IMG/VR virus record: IMGVR_UViG_3300024258_000005
Direction: 5' to 3' (one strand)
DNA length: 64,000 nt
Source of the DNA: a virus
The first letter of the stretch is position 1. Every line of letters starts with the position of its first letter. Positions 21,065 to 30,278 of the stretch are shown here, one piece after another. The notes beneath the pieces were generated by a model. The model was not told the origin of the DNA, did no database searches, and worked only from the letters and a program-made list of their open reading frames with translations. Both the position numbers and the translations under genes were made by a program.

Positions 21065-21494
21065 CTTTAGCTCCTTTCTTTACTTTCCAAATCTTACAAT
21101 CTTTTATTGTAATAAAATCTTTTGTTTCTAGTTTTGGTAATTTTCTAAGTTTATCAATTGTTATAATTAATCTTTGTATCTGAATATCTTTATCTTTTAA
21201 TAATAAACTTGTTGCTACCTTAGAAGCATTAACATCATTTTTATAATCTTGACAAATTTCAGTATTTGAATTATTTAACTTGACCGCTGAGCTTAAATTG
21301 ATTTGAGATGTAATATATTTACCATCTAATTCAACATAAGCTTCTTTTTCCGTTACTAGTGTTTCTTTTAATTTAAGAATTGAACTTCTATATGAAGCAT
21401 TTCCTATCTCATAATAAACAACTAATCCTACTAGAATAAGTCCCATTATAACGAACTTATTAGTAAGTAATTTCATTGCATATGTTACCCACAT
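21018..21494 (-). CDS. Putative i-spanin
   Basis: Start reassigned to ATG 21494 (MWVTY..., AAGGA RBS); N-terminal TM FVIMGLILVGLVVYY followed by a coiled coil; overlaps the lipoprotein gene. Confidence 0.65.
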   Translation of the reverse strand: MWVTYAMKLLTNKFVIMGLILVGLVVYYEIGNASYRSSILKLKETLVTEKEAYVELDGKYITSQINLSSAVKLNNSNTEICQDYKNDVNASKVATSLLLKDKDIQIQRLIITIDKLRKLPKLETKDFITIKDCKIWKVKKGAKDVNDTNIKDMSSIGF

Positions 21495-21568
21495 ATTATT
21501 TCCTTTTAAATTATACAACTAACTCTAAGAGCTGATGTGTAATATTGTCTTAATACCATATTCTATCC

Positions 21569-22810
21569 TTAAAATAATTCTATTGATTTTTTAGCCTTTA
21601 TGATCTCACTCTCTTTACGGATAATAATATTTGAACTATATATAATCTCACCATGTTCATTAATGAAGAAACTAGTACCACCTGGTCTTGAATAACTAAA
21701 ACCAAGCATCTTACTATATTCATCATAAATCTTTAGAGAGTTCATAACTATTAAACCTGTTAAGTGTATTGATTGGTGGAAGTGCCCAATAATAAGAGTG
21801 TCAAATGCTTTACCAACTGCAACCGCTGCTGTAAGTTTCTTTGCTCTAGCTCTTAAAATAGGAACAGCTACACCACCAATTCCATTACCACCTTTAATTG
21901 TATCACCATGTTGTAAATTAAATCTATGTCCATTTACTGAGAAAAGAATCTCATCAGACTTATCTGTAACAATAACAACATCTTCGTTATCTCTAAAGTG
22001 TTGTTGTACAAAATAATATACCATACTACCTAAACTGTTTTCGGTTCTTTGTTTAGTACGTGTATATCTACTACCATCAAGTCTATCATGGTTACCAGTT
22101 ACAGCAGGAACAAACACTTTACCAAATTCTTTATGTAATGTGTTTATACTTCTTATAATAAGATTGACACCTTCAACAACTTGTTCAGTCGCTGTTCGAT
22201 CATTAGTCTCATCCATATTGTGCATATTATTACCAGCAATTATATCACCACCTAATATTAGTACAACACCTTCATAATCATAATTCATATTATGTTTACA
22301 AATACCTACAAAATCATTAATTACTTTATCAGCATAAGAATGCGCTAATTCAGTGTTAAAGGAGTCTCCGAACCCTACATCGCCTTCTTCAACGACTTCG
22401 CCTATATGAATGTCTGAGAGGCATATAACAGGTACTATACTTTTCTCTGTTGTATTTACCCACTCAGGAATTTCATCTTCAAAACCTATTTCTCGAACAC
22501 CAGCAATAAGTTCTTTTACATCTGTACTGCTTATAATATCATGCTTAGCTTCATCAACTGCTCTTTTGAGCAATTTGTTTTCTTTTTCAAGTTTAGAAAT
22601 TTTTAGTTTGTCGCTATTAATTATTTGTTTAGAAGCAGCTTTTGGTTTTAGATTTCGTTCTGTCATAATCTTTCGTTTCCACTCTTGGATGGATCGAATA
22701 CTCACACCGTACTTTTCAGCTAGATCAGCGTTCATTCCTTTAACTCCAGCAGCAGCGACTATGTCATCTTTTTCAATAATAGTTAATGTAGGATATTTAT
22801 ATAATTTCAT
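21569..22810 (-). CDS. Calcineurin-like metallophosphoesterase with N-terminal HTH
   Basis: LSDIHIGE, GGDII, GNHD, HGD, GHFH motifs; LAEKYGVSIRSIQEWKRK HTH. Confidence 0.85.
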   Translation of the reverse strand: MKLYKYPTLTIIEKDDIVAAAGVKGMNADLAEKYGVSIRSIQEWKRKIMTERNLKPKAASKQIINSDKLKISKLEKENKLLKRAVDEAKHDIISSTDVKELIAGVREIGFEDEIPEWVNTTEKSIVPVICLSDIHIGEVVEEGDVGFGDSFNTELAHSYADKVINDFVGICKHNMNYDYEGVVLILGGDIIAGNNMHNMDETNDRTATEQVVEGVNLIIRSINTLHKEFGKVFVPAVTGNHDRLDGSRYTRTKQRTENSLGSMVYYFVQQHFRDNEDVVIVTDKSDEILFSVNGHRFNLQHGDTIKGGNGIGGVAVPILRARAKKLTAAVAVGKAFDTLIIGHFHQSIHLTGLIVMNSLKIYDEYSKMLGFSYSRPGGTSFFINEHGEIIYSSNIIIRKESEIIKAKKSIELF

Positions 22811-22811
22811 A

Positions 22812-22997
22812 TTAATCCTCGTACTTAACAGAACTATCGTCGTCTTTAGGATATTTATCTTTTAACTGATCTTTGCCTATTCCACCATAAGTTGCAATAG
22901 GAGTAGCTGATCCAGACATAGCACCTGCGGATGAAACACCACCAACCATACCATCCATTTCCTGGATAATCTTTTTCTTTTCAATCGTTATTTTCAT
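22812..22997 (-). CDS. Small protein with variant leader (IIQE)
   Basis: Starts MKITIEKKKIIQEM; Gly/Ser-rich mature part; AACAAATA motif upstream. Confidence 0.45.
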   Translation of the reverse strand: MKITIEKKKIIQEMDGMVGGVSSAGAMSGSATPIATYGGIGKDQLKDKYPKDDDSSVKYED

Positions 22998-23058
22998 TAT
23001 TATTCCTTAATCTATATGAATATTTGTTAACGAAGTTGAATATTCATGGAAATCAAGG

Positions 23059-23088
23059 ACAAGAATATATCAGGAATTAACCTGATAT
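23059..23088 (-). terminator. Hairpin + TTCTTGT terminator-like element
   Basis: atatcagg/cctgatat stem followed on the minus strand by ...TTCTTGT. Confidence 0.55.
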
Positions 23089-23163
23089 GTGTATTAAATT
23101 TTACCATAAAGTAAAACCTCTTGTATTGGGTTAAAATAATCATTTGATAAATTATCTTATGTA

Positions 23164-23694
23164 TCAATATACAGCACCTGATTGATAATCAGCAAACGTT
23201 GTGTTACCTGATAGAGTATCAATAATTTCATAAGTCATAAATAATTTAGTATATTGATCATTCTGATCTCTCATAAATAATTTAGTTTCTGCACCTTGAA
23301 TTTGGAAACAAAATTCCATATTTCCAAATCCACCAGCAGGTACAATATCACCACCCTGTCCTCTACCATTAGTAGTTTCTTCACCAGTAGGAGAAGAGTA
23401 TGTATCAAATGTTCCTGTAAATGTATTAGCAGGTATTACAAGCTGTCCATTAAATGTCCATTTATCTCCAATTGCATCATAACAATTTAAATCGTATACT
23501 ATTGTTTTTTCAACTGCCTCATCTGCTTGAAATGTGAACATTTCAAATTCATCAAAATAAAAATTTACATTTGAGGTTCTCACTGTTGCCACTGCTGATT
23601 GCCTTCCTCCTACAGGTTTATTATTTAATTCTGTAAAATTTGTATCTAATTCTGCATGAGTTAATGGTGCGCCTTTATCACTTCTTAATACCAT
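23164..23694 (-). CDS. Short fibre/appendage protein
   Basis: N-terminal LRSDKGAPLTHAELDTNFTEL is the LR..KG.PLT..E.D.NF..L anchor motif common in phage fibre proteins; shared with 48424..48963. Confidence 0.55.
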   Translation of the reverse strand: MVLRSDKGAPLTHAELDTNFTELNNKPVGGRQSAVATVRTSNVNFYFDEFEMFTFQADEAVEKTIVYDLNCYDAIGDKWTFNGQLVIPANTFTGTFDTYSSPTGEETTNGRGQGGDIVPAGGFGNMEFCFQIQGAETKLFMRDQNDQYTKLFMTYEIIDTLSGNTTFADYQSGAVY

Positions 23695-23704
23695 TTTTTA
23701 TCCT

Positions 23705-24115
23705 TTATTTACCCTGTGTTTTAACACGAAACTCGTTTCGTCTTTCTGGTTTATATCTACCATTTTTTAGATCATTTTTCATAGCCATAGATTTAGAAGT
23801 ATCTTTAATCGCTTTATCTTCTGATGAGCTAATACCTAACGGAGTGGGACTTTTCTCAATCTTATCTAATTTATTAAGCATGTCACGATTCGGCATTCTT
23901 ATCTCTTCAAGTAAAGATGCTTCAAAAAGTTCACGCATTTGAATTTGAATACTTTCCATAAGTCCATCATCAACAAGCATCTTACGAATTTGCATTGTTG
24001 ATTCATTAATCATAATTTTACCAAGAAGAGTTTCCTCTTCTGTTAATGAACTTTCCTCTAGAATCTCTAGAGAGTACTTCATACGAATGTTTTCTAATAT
24101 TAAATCTAATTTCAT
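23705..24115 (-). CDS. MKLDLILEN paralogue family member (putative internal head protein)
   Basis: First about 60 aa conserved with 27024..27404 and 30279..30911. Confidence 0.6.
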   Translation of the reverse strand: MKLDLILENIRMKYSLEILEESSLTEEETLLGKIMINESTMQIRKMLVDDGLMESIQIQMRELFEASLLEEIRMPNRDMLNKLDKIEKSPTPLGISSSEDKAIKDTSKSMAMKNDLKNGRYKPERRNEFRVKTQGK

Positions 24116-24117
24116 TT

Positions 24118-24459
24118 CTAACCCTTTGTTCCAGCAATTGATTCATACATTGAATCAGTATCATAATTATGTCTCTGTATAATAGCCACACCTTTATCAA
24201 GTACTTTATTACCAGTATATGCTAATCCAGCAGCCCCCGCCGCAGCCATACCAGGAATCAAAACTCCCTCTTCTAAAGGCTTATCAGCACTCTTCTGAGC
24301 ATTCTTTTCCATTCCAGCTAAATTCTTTAAAGTTGTTGGATGATTTGGACCAAGTCTATCATTTTGTTTAATAGTTGCTTCTGTTACTTTTTCATTCATT
24401 AACATAGTGCTGCTAGCACTAGCTTCTAAAATTAATCTTTTATCTAATTTATATATCAT
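24118..24459 (-). CDS. LILE-leader protein with Gly/Ala hydrophobic segment
   Basis: Starts MIYKLDKRLILEA; contains GVLIPGMAAAGAAGLAY. Confidence 0.6.
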   Translation of the reverse strand: MIYKLDKRLILEASASSTMLMNEKVTEATIKQNDRLGPNHPTTLKNLAGMEKNAQKSADKPLEEGVLIPGMAAAGAAGLAYTGNKVLDKGVAIIQRHNYDTDSMYESIAGTKG

Positions 24460-24469
24460 TTATTTTCCT

Positions 24470-24661
24470 TTATGTTAAAGTATAAGCAGTTGCTACTAAA
24501 GCTCCTATACCAGCAGCTGCTGGTATAATACTGCCATCTTTTTTTTCTAGTATATCGTTTTCTTTTTTCAATAATCGATGATCAACATTTATTGTCATTC
24601 CTGGATGATTCTTACGCGTAGCATCCATATATTCTAATATTAATTTTTTATTTAGTTTCAT
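24470..24661 (-). CDS. LILE-leader small protein
   Basis: Start reassigned to ATG 24661 (MKLNKKLILEY...), overlapping the upstream stop; C-terminal IIPAAAGIGALVATAY. Confidence 0.6.
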   Translation of the reverse strand: MKLNKKLILEYMDATRKNHPGMTINVDHRLLKKENDILEKKDGSIIPAAAGIGALVATAYTLT

Positions 24662-25664
24662 AAATATCCTTAATAAACACTTCAGTGTTTCCACCTGAAT
24701 TTAATACTTTAATATTCTCTTCTATTAAATATTGAGAATTATCTTTAATGATTTTTTGTTCTTCAATATATGCGTCCCGACCTGTTTCGAATTGAGTTTC
24801 TTTTAAAATTTTGATTTTTTTATAATCTGTTTTAGAATATCGTTCCTTAACTGATCTAGATGTAATTCCAATTTTATAATATTTTTTATTATCAAAAGTT
24901 ATTTCTAAATAATATAAGATTGTCGGAGCATTATAAACTGCTCCGTTGATATTATTAATATGATTAATATCTAAATCTTTAAATTTTCTAAGACTAGCAT
25001 TACTAGACACATTAAAGAATCTACAAAAATCATTTTTTAAAATCATTCTATGTTCATTTAAGAAATTATTCTCAATAAAATCTTTATCATAATATTTATC
25101 ATAATTGGTTATATCTCTCTCGTGTGCAAATCTTACACCATATTTTTTAAGGGAAGTATCCATTCTTTTTTGATACATAATATATTTATTCAATTTTAAA
25201 ACATCTCGAGAATTTTGTTTCGATGTTTCTGTACAAGCACTTAATGCTCCATACTTCAACATCATTGTGTTATCTCTAGTCTCTTTTTGTTTAATTAAAT
25301 CTATTTCACCATCTTTATATTTACGACTAACTTCATTATATGCATCTTTGTCTGTGTTCCGACACTCGTGTGAACAATAGTTTCCAAAAACCATATTATT
25401 CATTTTATAAACTTTATGATTAGAACAGTCTTTATGTTTGCATTTTAAATCAGATTCTTCGTAACCATCATTAATAATTTTAAATCTAATTTTTAAATCA
25501 TCTTTTAAATCGTATTTGTCTTGTGATGTATACCATTTAGTTTCATCATAAAGTATTTTTAAACTATCTTTTACTTCTGATAACTTATTGGTAAGTAGAC
25601 TATGTTTAAGTTTACCTACTTTATTTTTTAGTATGTTTAGATACTCTGTATCGTATTGTTTCAT
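24648..25664 (-). CDS. Homing endonuclease-like protein, GIY-YIG/T5orf172-type C-terminal domain
   Basis: Cys-rich N-terminus (CKHKDCSN...YCSHEC), KYG repeats, C-terminal LYYL...YYKIGITSRSVKERY...EEQKII...GGNTEVF. Confidence 0.75.
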   Translation of the reverse strand: MKQYDTEYLNILKNKVGKLKHSLLTNKLSEVKDSLKILYDETKWYTSQDKYDLKDDLKIRFKIINDGYEESDLKCKHKDCSNHKVYKMNNMVFGNYCSHECRNTDKDAYNEVSRKYKDGEIDLIKQKETRDNTMMLKYGALSACTETSKQNSRDVLKLNKYIMYQKRMDTSLKKYGVRFAHERDITNYDKYYDKDFIENNFLNEHRMILKNDFCRFFNVSSNASLRKFKDLDINHINNINGAVYNAPTILYYLEITFDNKKYYKIGITSRSVKERYSKTDYKKIKILKETQFETGRDAYIEEQKIIKDNSQYLIEENIKVLNSGGNTEVFIKDIYETK

Positions 25665-25725
25665 AACATTTTCCTTAATAATTATATATTAAGTATTTGT
25701 TAACTGACATAACCTTAAACTTTTC

Positions 25726-26442
25726 TTAAAGCAGCCAAATGTAAGAATCTGGAGGCGTGCGTTTTAATTCGGTAATAGTTTCTCTACGAAGCTCTTTAGC
25801 ATCGTTTATAAGTTCTTCTGCATTTAATTGAATTGATCCAAATGGTGTATTGAAGTTATTAAACTTCTTACGTATTTTACCAATAGCATTCATTATATAA
25901 CTTGTACTAAGATCTCTAAATGAATCGTACAGTGCTGGACTAATACTAGTTGGATCAGCATGCGCAACATTTAACACAACTACAAATTCTCTTGATAAAT
26001 AAGAATAACCTGCTCTTTGCATTTGTATCTTATCAGGTGGGAGGAATTTCCACGTATTATCAGCCTGAGTTATTGAAGCCATATCTAAATAATTCTGGCG
26101 GACTAAAAAGTCTGTAATATCTCCTGCAACTGATTGTGAAAACATTTGATTATAATCTACATAGTTTGCTTGTTCGATAATTGAACTAATACCAAGAATC
26201 TTATAATCAAAGTTTGTAAATTGGTAAGTAATAATAGGATCTTGGCTAATTATATTACCTTCAAACATTTTATAATATTTTACAAGAGGATCATAATTAC
26301 TGAACTCAGGCATTACGTGCATTTTTATTTTTTCCATAATTTGTTGATCTGTTAACTCTAGAGCCATTACATCAGCACCAAGTTCTGTTTTAATATAATC
26401 AATTATATTATCCCATGATTGCCATGAAGTACATGTTGCCAT
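25726..26442 (-). CDS. Neck/head-completion protein (T4 gp13-like)
   Basis: IIDYIKTELGA...ELTDQQI and IGKIRKKF....PFGSIQLNAEELINDAK...L...PP parallel gp13 LKDYILRRLGAP...ELT.DQI and G.....H.G..LPGGV..DG..LIEEA...PP. Confidence 0.75.
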   Translation of the reverse strand: MATCTSWQSWDNIIDYIKTELGADVMALELTDQQIMEKIKMHVMPEFSNYDPLVKYYKMFEGNIISQDPIITYQFTNFDYKILGISSIIEQANYVDYNQMFSQSVAGDITDFLVRQNYLDMASITQADNTWKFLPPDKIQMQRAGYSYLSREFVVVLNVAHADPTSISPALYDSFRDLSTSYIMNAIGKIRKKFNNFNTPFGSIQLNAEELINDAKELRRETITELKRTPPDSYIWLL

Positions 26443-26513
26443 ATTTAATTCCTTTTTATCTCTATCGATAAAGATAGTTTATATAGTTATTTGTTAGCTT
26501 AGTGAATTTAAGC

Positions 26514-26542
26514 ACAAGAAAATATAAGCCGAAGCTTATATT
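26514..26542 (-). terminator. Terminator hairpin with cUUCGg tetraloop followed by TTTCTTGT
   Basis: Minus strand AATATAAGC-TTCG-GCTTATATT-TTCTTGT, overlapping the stop of 26541..27014. Confidence 0.75.
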
Positions 26543-27014
26543 ATTTTCTAAATTGGTTTCGTCCACTAAATAGTTTACCTATACCATATTCGATACCAGG
26601 AGCAACTGCAGTATTTATAGCAGCACCTACTGGAGCACCAATAAGAGCACCTACTGGACCACCCGCCATGAATCCTGCTACTGTACCAACACTAGCACCA
26701 TTAATACCTTTATTAATCATATTACTAGGTGTATAAGCATCATCTACAGTTAACTTACTTTTTGGTTCTGCTGATGTTGCTCCAAGAGCTCCAGCACGTC
26801 CTAAAAGAGTTCCTGCAACAGGATGTCCAAGTTTATCACCTACTTCATAACCAGCAGTCGCTTGACCAATCTTACTTGCCAATGTACCAACAACTGGAAT
26901 TCCAGCAGTTGCATTTAAAAGTCTTTCAGATGTTTTGTTTGTGTCATCAAATATTTGTCTTTGATTACCAACAAAACTTTCAAGTATAAGACTTTTAGAC
27001 AATTCAATTTTCAT
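26541..27014 (-). CDS. LILE-leader glycine-zipper protein
   Basis: Starts MKIELSKSLILES; contains GASVGTVAGFMAGGPVGALIGAPVGAAI. Confidence 0.6.
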   Translation of the reverse strand: MKIELSKSLILESFVGNQRQIFDDTNKTSERLLNATAGIPVVGTLASKIGQATAGYEVGDKLGHPVAGTLLGRAGALGATSAEPKSKLTVDDAYTPSNMINKGINGASVGTVAGFMAGGPVGALIGAPVGAAINTAVAPGIEYGIGKLFSGRNQFRK

Positions 27015-27023
27015 TTTATATCC

Positions 27024-27404
27024 TTATTTTTCTCCGTCTTTACCAGCTTCAGAACTTGTGTTCCAACCAGCATCAACTTTTTCAAAGAATTTCTTCTTAT
27101 CTTCATCAGGCATTGCCTCTACAGAATCGTATTTACACTTCGCAAGCTCAGCTTTAAAATATTTATCATACGCTGCACCTTTAGCAGATTCCTCTAATAA
27201 AGTATTTGTCCAAGCTTCTTCTAATACATTCTGAACGTTGGTAATAGTACCTTCTTCAACAAGTATCTTACGAATAGTTGATAATGATTCATTGATTAAA
27301 ATTTTACCTTTAAGTAAATCAATTTCTGATACACTTTCACCTTCTTCTAGAAGTCCCAATGTGTATTTGTTTTTTACATTTTCTAATATTAAATCTAATT
27401 TCAT
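27024..27404 (-). CDS. MKLDLILEN paralogue family member
   Basis: Shared N-terminal about 60 aa; distinct C-terminus. Confidence 0.6.
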   Translation of the reverse strand: MKLDLILENVKNKYTLGLLEEGESVSEIDLLKGKILINESLSTIRKILVEEGTITNVQNVLEEAWTNTLLEESAKGAAYDKYFKAELAKCKYDSVEAMPDEDKKKFFEKVDAGWNTSSEAGKDGEK

Positions 27405-27418
27405 AAGATTTCCTTTAT

Positions 27419-27793
27419 TTAATTTAAAGCACCTGCTGCTAATACACCAGTACCTAATGCAGCAGCTCCGCCTAATATATCAGCAGATCTATTTTTATTG
27501 TTTAATAAATCAGTTGTAGCTCTATCAGCTACTTTATCAATTTGTGGTGAATATTTATTTGCTAAATATGCACCACCTATTGCACCTGCAACTGGTCCAG
27601 CAATTAACGCTGCACTAGGAGCGGCAACACCTGCACCAACTAATCCAGCTACGCCACCTAATCCTAATTTAGTACCAGCAAGAGTACCAACCGTAGTATT
27701 AAATCCTTTATTAAAAGGAGTGTTCATTTCTTTTGGAGTAGCATATTGAAAATTTTCAAGTATAAGACGCTTATCTAATTGTACTTTCATCAT
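27419..27793 (-). CDS. LILE-leader glycine-zipper protein
   Basis: Starts MMKVQLDKRLILEN; long GxxxG-type Gly/Ala run. Confidence 0.6.
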   Translation of the reverse strand: MMKVQLDKRLILENFQYATPKEMNTPFNKGFNTTVGTLAGTKLGLGGVAGLVGAGVAAPSAALIAGPVAGAIGGAYLANKYSPQIDKVADRATTDLLNNKNRSADILGGAAALGTGVLAAGALN

Positions 27794-27798
27794 GTTTC

Positions 27799-28329
27799 CT
27801 ATTTAATTATATTTTTAAAATTTTGAAAAACTCTAGAGGGAGAACTATCTATTTTCATCGGTTGAGAATTATTACTAAAATATGGTAGATCTTTAGCACT
27901 ACCTGGTTGATATTTTGTACCAAATAATAAAGTACTTGGATTTAAGTTTTCATTACTTGCATCATATATCTTTTGTGCTTCATGTTGAGGTAATTTACTA
28001 ACATACTCTTTTGCATCTTTTAAAGCATTTGCTTCATGATTCTTAAAAGGAGTTAATGCATTAACGACTTCTTTAGGGTGATTATCTGAATGGTTTTGTG
28101 GAAACATATACTGATGTAGTCTACGAGGCTCATGACTTGAAATATGTGTTCCACGACTATCCATATCCAATAGTTGTGCTCCTATATTTTTATTATCAAA
28201 TGTTTTTTGAGCATTTGAAATAACATCATTTTCAGCAGCAGTTCTAGCAGCAGAGTACTCAAATCCATCTAAACCATCAAGTCCTTCAAATTCTTCAAGT
28301 ATCTTATGTTTATCTAATTGTACTTTCAT
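27799..28329 (-). CDS. ILE-leader protein
   Basis: Starts MKVQLDKHKILEE. Confidence 0.6.
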   Translation of the reverse strand: MKVQLDKHKILEEFEGLDGLDGFEYSAARTAAENDVISNAQKTFDNKNIGAQLLDMDSRGTHISSHEPRRLHQYMFPQNHSDNHPKEVVNALTPFKNHEANALKDAKEYVSKLPQHEAQKIYDASNENLNPSTLLFGTKYQPGSAKDLPYFSNNSQPMKIDSSPSRVFQNFKNIIK

Positions 28330-28541
28330 TATGCTGCACCTGGATCTAAAGTTTTAACTAATTCACCACTAAGTTTATTTATACCATAAGCTGCGCCACC
28401 TAGAATTCCAACAGGAATTGCTACGTTTGCTACTTTACTTGTAGTACTTTGAGGAATACCAGCTGCTCTTTGAGCTTGTACTTGTTGCATGTGATGATAA
28501 TTCGCTTCTAGAATTAAAGCTTTGTCTAATTTTACTTTCAT
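28329..28541 (-). CDS. LILE-leader small protein with hydrophobic Gly segment
   Basis: Starts MKVKLDKALILEA; contains VAIPVGILGGAAYGI. Confidence 0.6.
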   Translation of the reverse strand: MKVKLDKALILEANYHHMQQVQAQRAAGIPQSTTSKVANVAIPVGILGGAAYGINKLSGELVKTLDPGAA

Positions 28542-28556
28542 AATATTTCCTTTTGT

Positions 28557-29201
28557 TTATATTTTTTTATATTTTTTTACTATATTTTTTAACTTGATAG
28601 CATTATTTCGTTTTGTTATAATTCTTTTAGGAACTATTTGAGGAGATGTTAATGGTGTTTTTCTTTTTATATCACCAGGTTGTACTAAAGGTTTTGATCT
28701 ATTATCCATTGCTGTTTGAGTAGGCTTATTTAAATCTCTTGGCTCCCTTATAGGCTCTTTTTTATAAAAAGCATTATTCTTTTTTTGAGGACCATGTTGC
28801 ATACCAGTATCTACACCGACAGGAGGAGGATTTTCTTTTCTCTTCTCATCAGCTACCCATTGCTTAGTTTTAGCAACACCTTTATTTAAAGCACTTATAG
28901 TATTTGTAGCACCTTTTGAAACAGCAGCTTTATTATTTAAAGCTAATGCTCCTGCACCTAAAGCTGTCCCAGCCATTAAACCTTTAGTTGCAACATTTTC
29001 CCAATCTGTCCCAGGAGCTTCTGTAACATGATTTACTGTATGAATATTTGTAACGGGTCTATTTATAGGAGTGTCATCTGATAATGCGTCTGTAGCTAAA
29101 CCACCGGCCACTAAACCACCAATACCAGCTAAATATTTTCCAGAATGTTTCTTTAAATGTTCTGAAAAATTTTCAAGTATAACATCTTTATGTAATTTCA
29201 T
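28557..29201 (-). CDS. VILE-leader protein, basic C-terminus; paralogue of 29529..30187
   Basis: Starts MKLHKDVILEN; shares RKENP.P.GVDTGM.HGPQK...QPGDIKRK.PLT.P.IVP with its neighbour. Confidence 0.65.
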   Translation of the reverse strand: MKLHKDVILENFSEHLKKHSGKYLAGIGGLVAGGLATDALSDDTPINRPVTNIHTVNHVTEAPGTDWENVATKGLMAGTALGAGALALNNKAAVSKGATNTISALNKGVAKTKQWVADEKRKENPPPVGVDTGMQHGPQKKNNAFYKKEPIREPRDLNKPTQTAMDNRSKPLVQPGDIKRKTPLTSPQIVPKRIITKRNNAIKLKNIVKKYKKI

Positions 29202-29247
29202 TTTATATCCTTTTTCTTATCAATTTGTTAATTGTTTATTTTAATGG

Positions 29248-29282
29248 ACAAGAAAATACTACAAGCCTGAGCTTGTAGTATT
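29248..29282 (-). terminator. Hairpin + TTTCTTGT terminator-like element
   Basis: 12-bp stem aatactacaagc/gcttgtagtatt, 4-nt loop. Confidence 0.7.
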
Positions 29283-29302
29283 TAGGATAAATTGTTACTG
29301 AT

Positions 29303-29482
29303 TTACAAGACCATCAACATATCTACCAGCGTCTTGAACGCCTTGTTTAATTGTTTGTCAGCATCTTCATACGCATTAATAATATCATCCGAGTAGTGAC
29401 CGGCGAGCGCTCCAATACCTGCAACTGTAAGTATTTTACTATAATTTTCCAGTATTAATTTCTTATCTGTTTGAACTATCAT
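29303..29482 (-). CDS. LILE-leader small protein (missed by the ORF track; probable 1-nt frameshift near the 3' end)
   Basis: Manual translation MIVQTDKKLILENYSKILTVAGIGALAGHYSDD... (59 aa). The alternative frame ends KQGVQDAGRYVDGLVNQ* (stop at 29295), resembling the end of 30279..30911. Confidence 0.6.
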   Translation of the reverse strand: MIVQTDKKLILENYSKILTVAGIGALAGHYSDDIINAYEDADKQLNKAFKTLVDMLMVL

Positions 29483-29528
29483 ATCATTTACATTTTTTTG
29501 TAATTAGCATTATTAGATACTACACTTT

Positions 29529-30187
29529 TTAATTTATTAATATTTTTCGCTTATTTATAACTCGTTGAGGAACAATCGCTGGGCCAGTTAAAGGTTTTTT
29601 GCGCTTTATATCACCTGGTTGACTAAGAGAATTTAATGAAACATCTTTAGCCACTGAGGTTGGTTCATTTAAATTTCTATGTAAAGGTTTAACCTTTTTG
29701 TAAAAAGTGTTATTTCGTTTTTGAGGCCCATGAGTCATTCCTGTATCAACTCCAATCGGAGTAGGGTTTTCTTTACGTTTTTCTGAAGCAACCCATTTTT
29801 TAGTTGAATCAACTCCTCTATTTATTGCAGATACTGCAGTATTTATACCACCTTGAGTTGCTTGACCCATAGAAGTATTTATTTTATCTGCAGCATTGAT
29901 AGTATTGGTTGCAACCTTTGCAGCACCAGATGACACATCTTTAATACCATTAACATTTTTAGATATCAATCCAGCTACACCAAGACCGGCTCCAGTCAAT
30001 AAACTTTTGTTTGCAATATCATTCCAATCTGTATTACTAGGAGATTCTTTAATATTATTAGTTATATGTTGAGTAGGTTCTTCTTCGCCATCAAAAGCAT
30101 TAGTCAATCCAACACCAGCTAAAATACCCGCACCAGCTAAATATTTTCCAGAAAATTTTCTAGAATTAAATTTTTATTAATTATCAT
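29529..30187 (-). pseudogene. Frameshifted paralogue of 28557..29201 (pseudogene, programmed -1 shift or sequence error)
   Basis: ATG 30187 with strong RBS gives MIINKNLILENFLENI*; the -1 frame continues SGKYLAGAGILAGVGLTNAFD..., collinear with the paralogue. Confidence 0.65.
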
Positions 30188-30243
30188 TATAATTTCCTTT
30201 ATTAAATATTTGTTAATAAAGGAAATTATAATGATAATTAATA
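30175..30243. repeat. Perfect 31-bp inverted repeat, 7-nt loop, covering an RBS and start codon
   Basis: tattaattatcattataatttcctttattaa - atatttg - ttaataaaggaaattataatgataattaata. Confidence 0.95.
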
Positions 30244-30244
30244 T

Positions 30245-30274
30245 AGGCATTGCAGATATATATCTGCAATGCCT
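30245..30274 (-). terminator. Perfect 30-bp palindrome downstream of 30279..30911
   Basis: aggcattgcagatat/atatctgcaatgcct directly after the stop codon. Confidence 0.6.
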
Positions 30275-30278
30275 TTCT

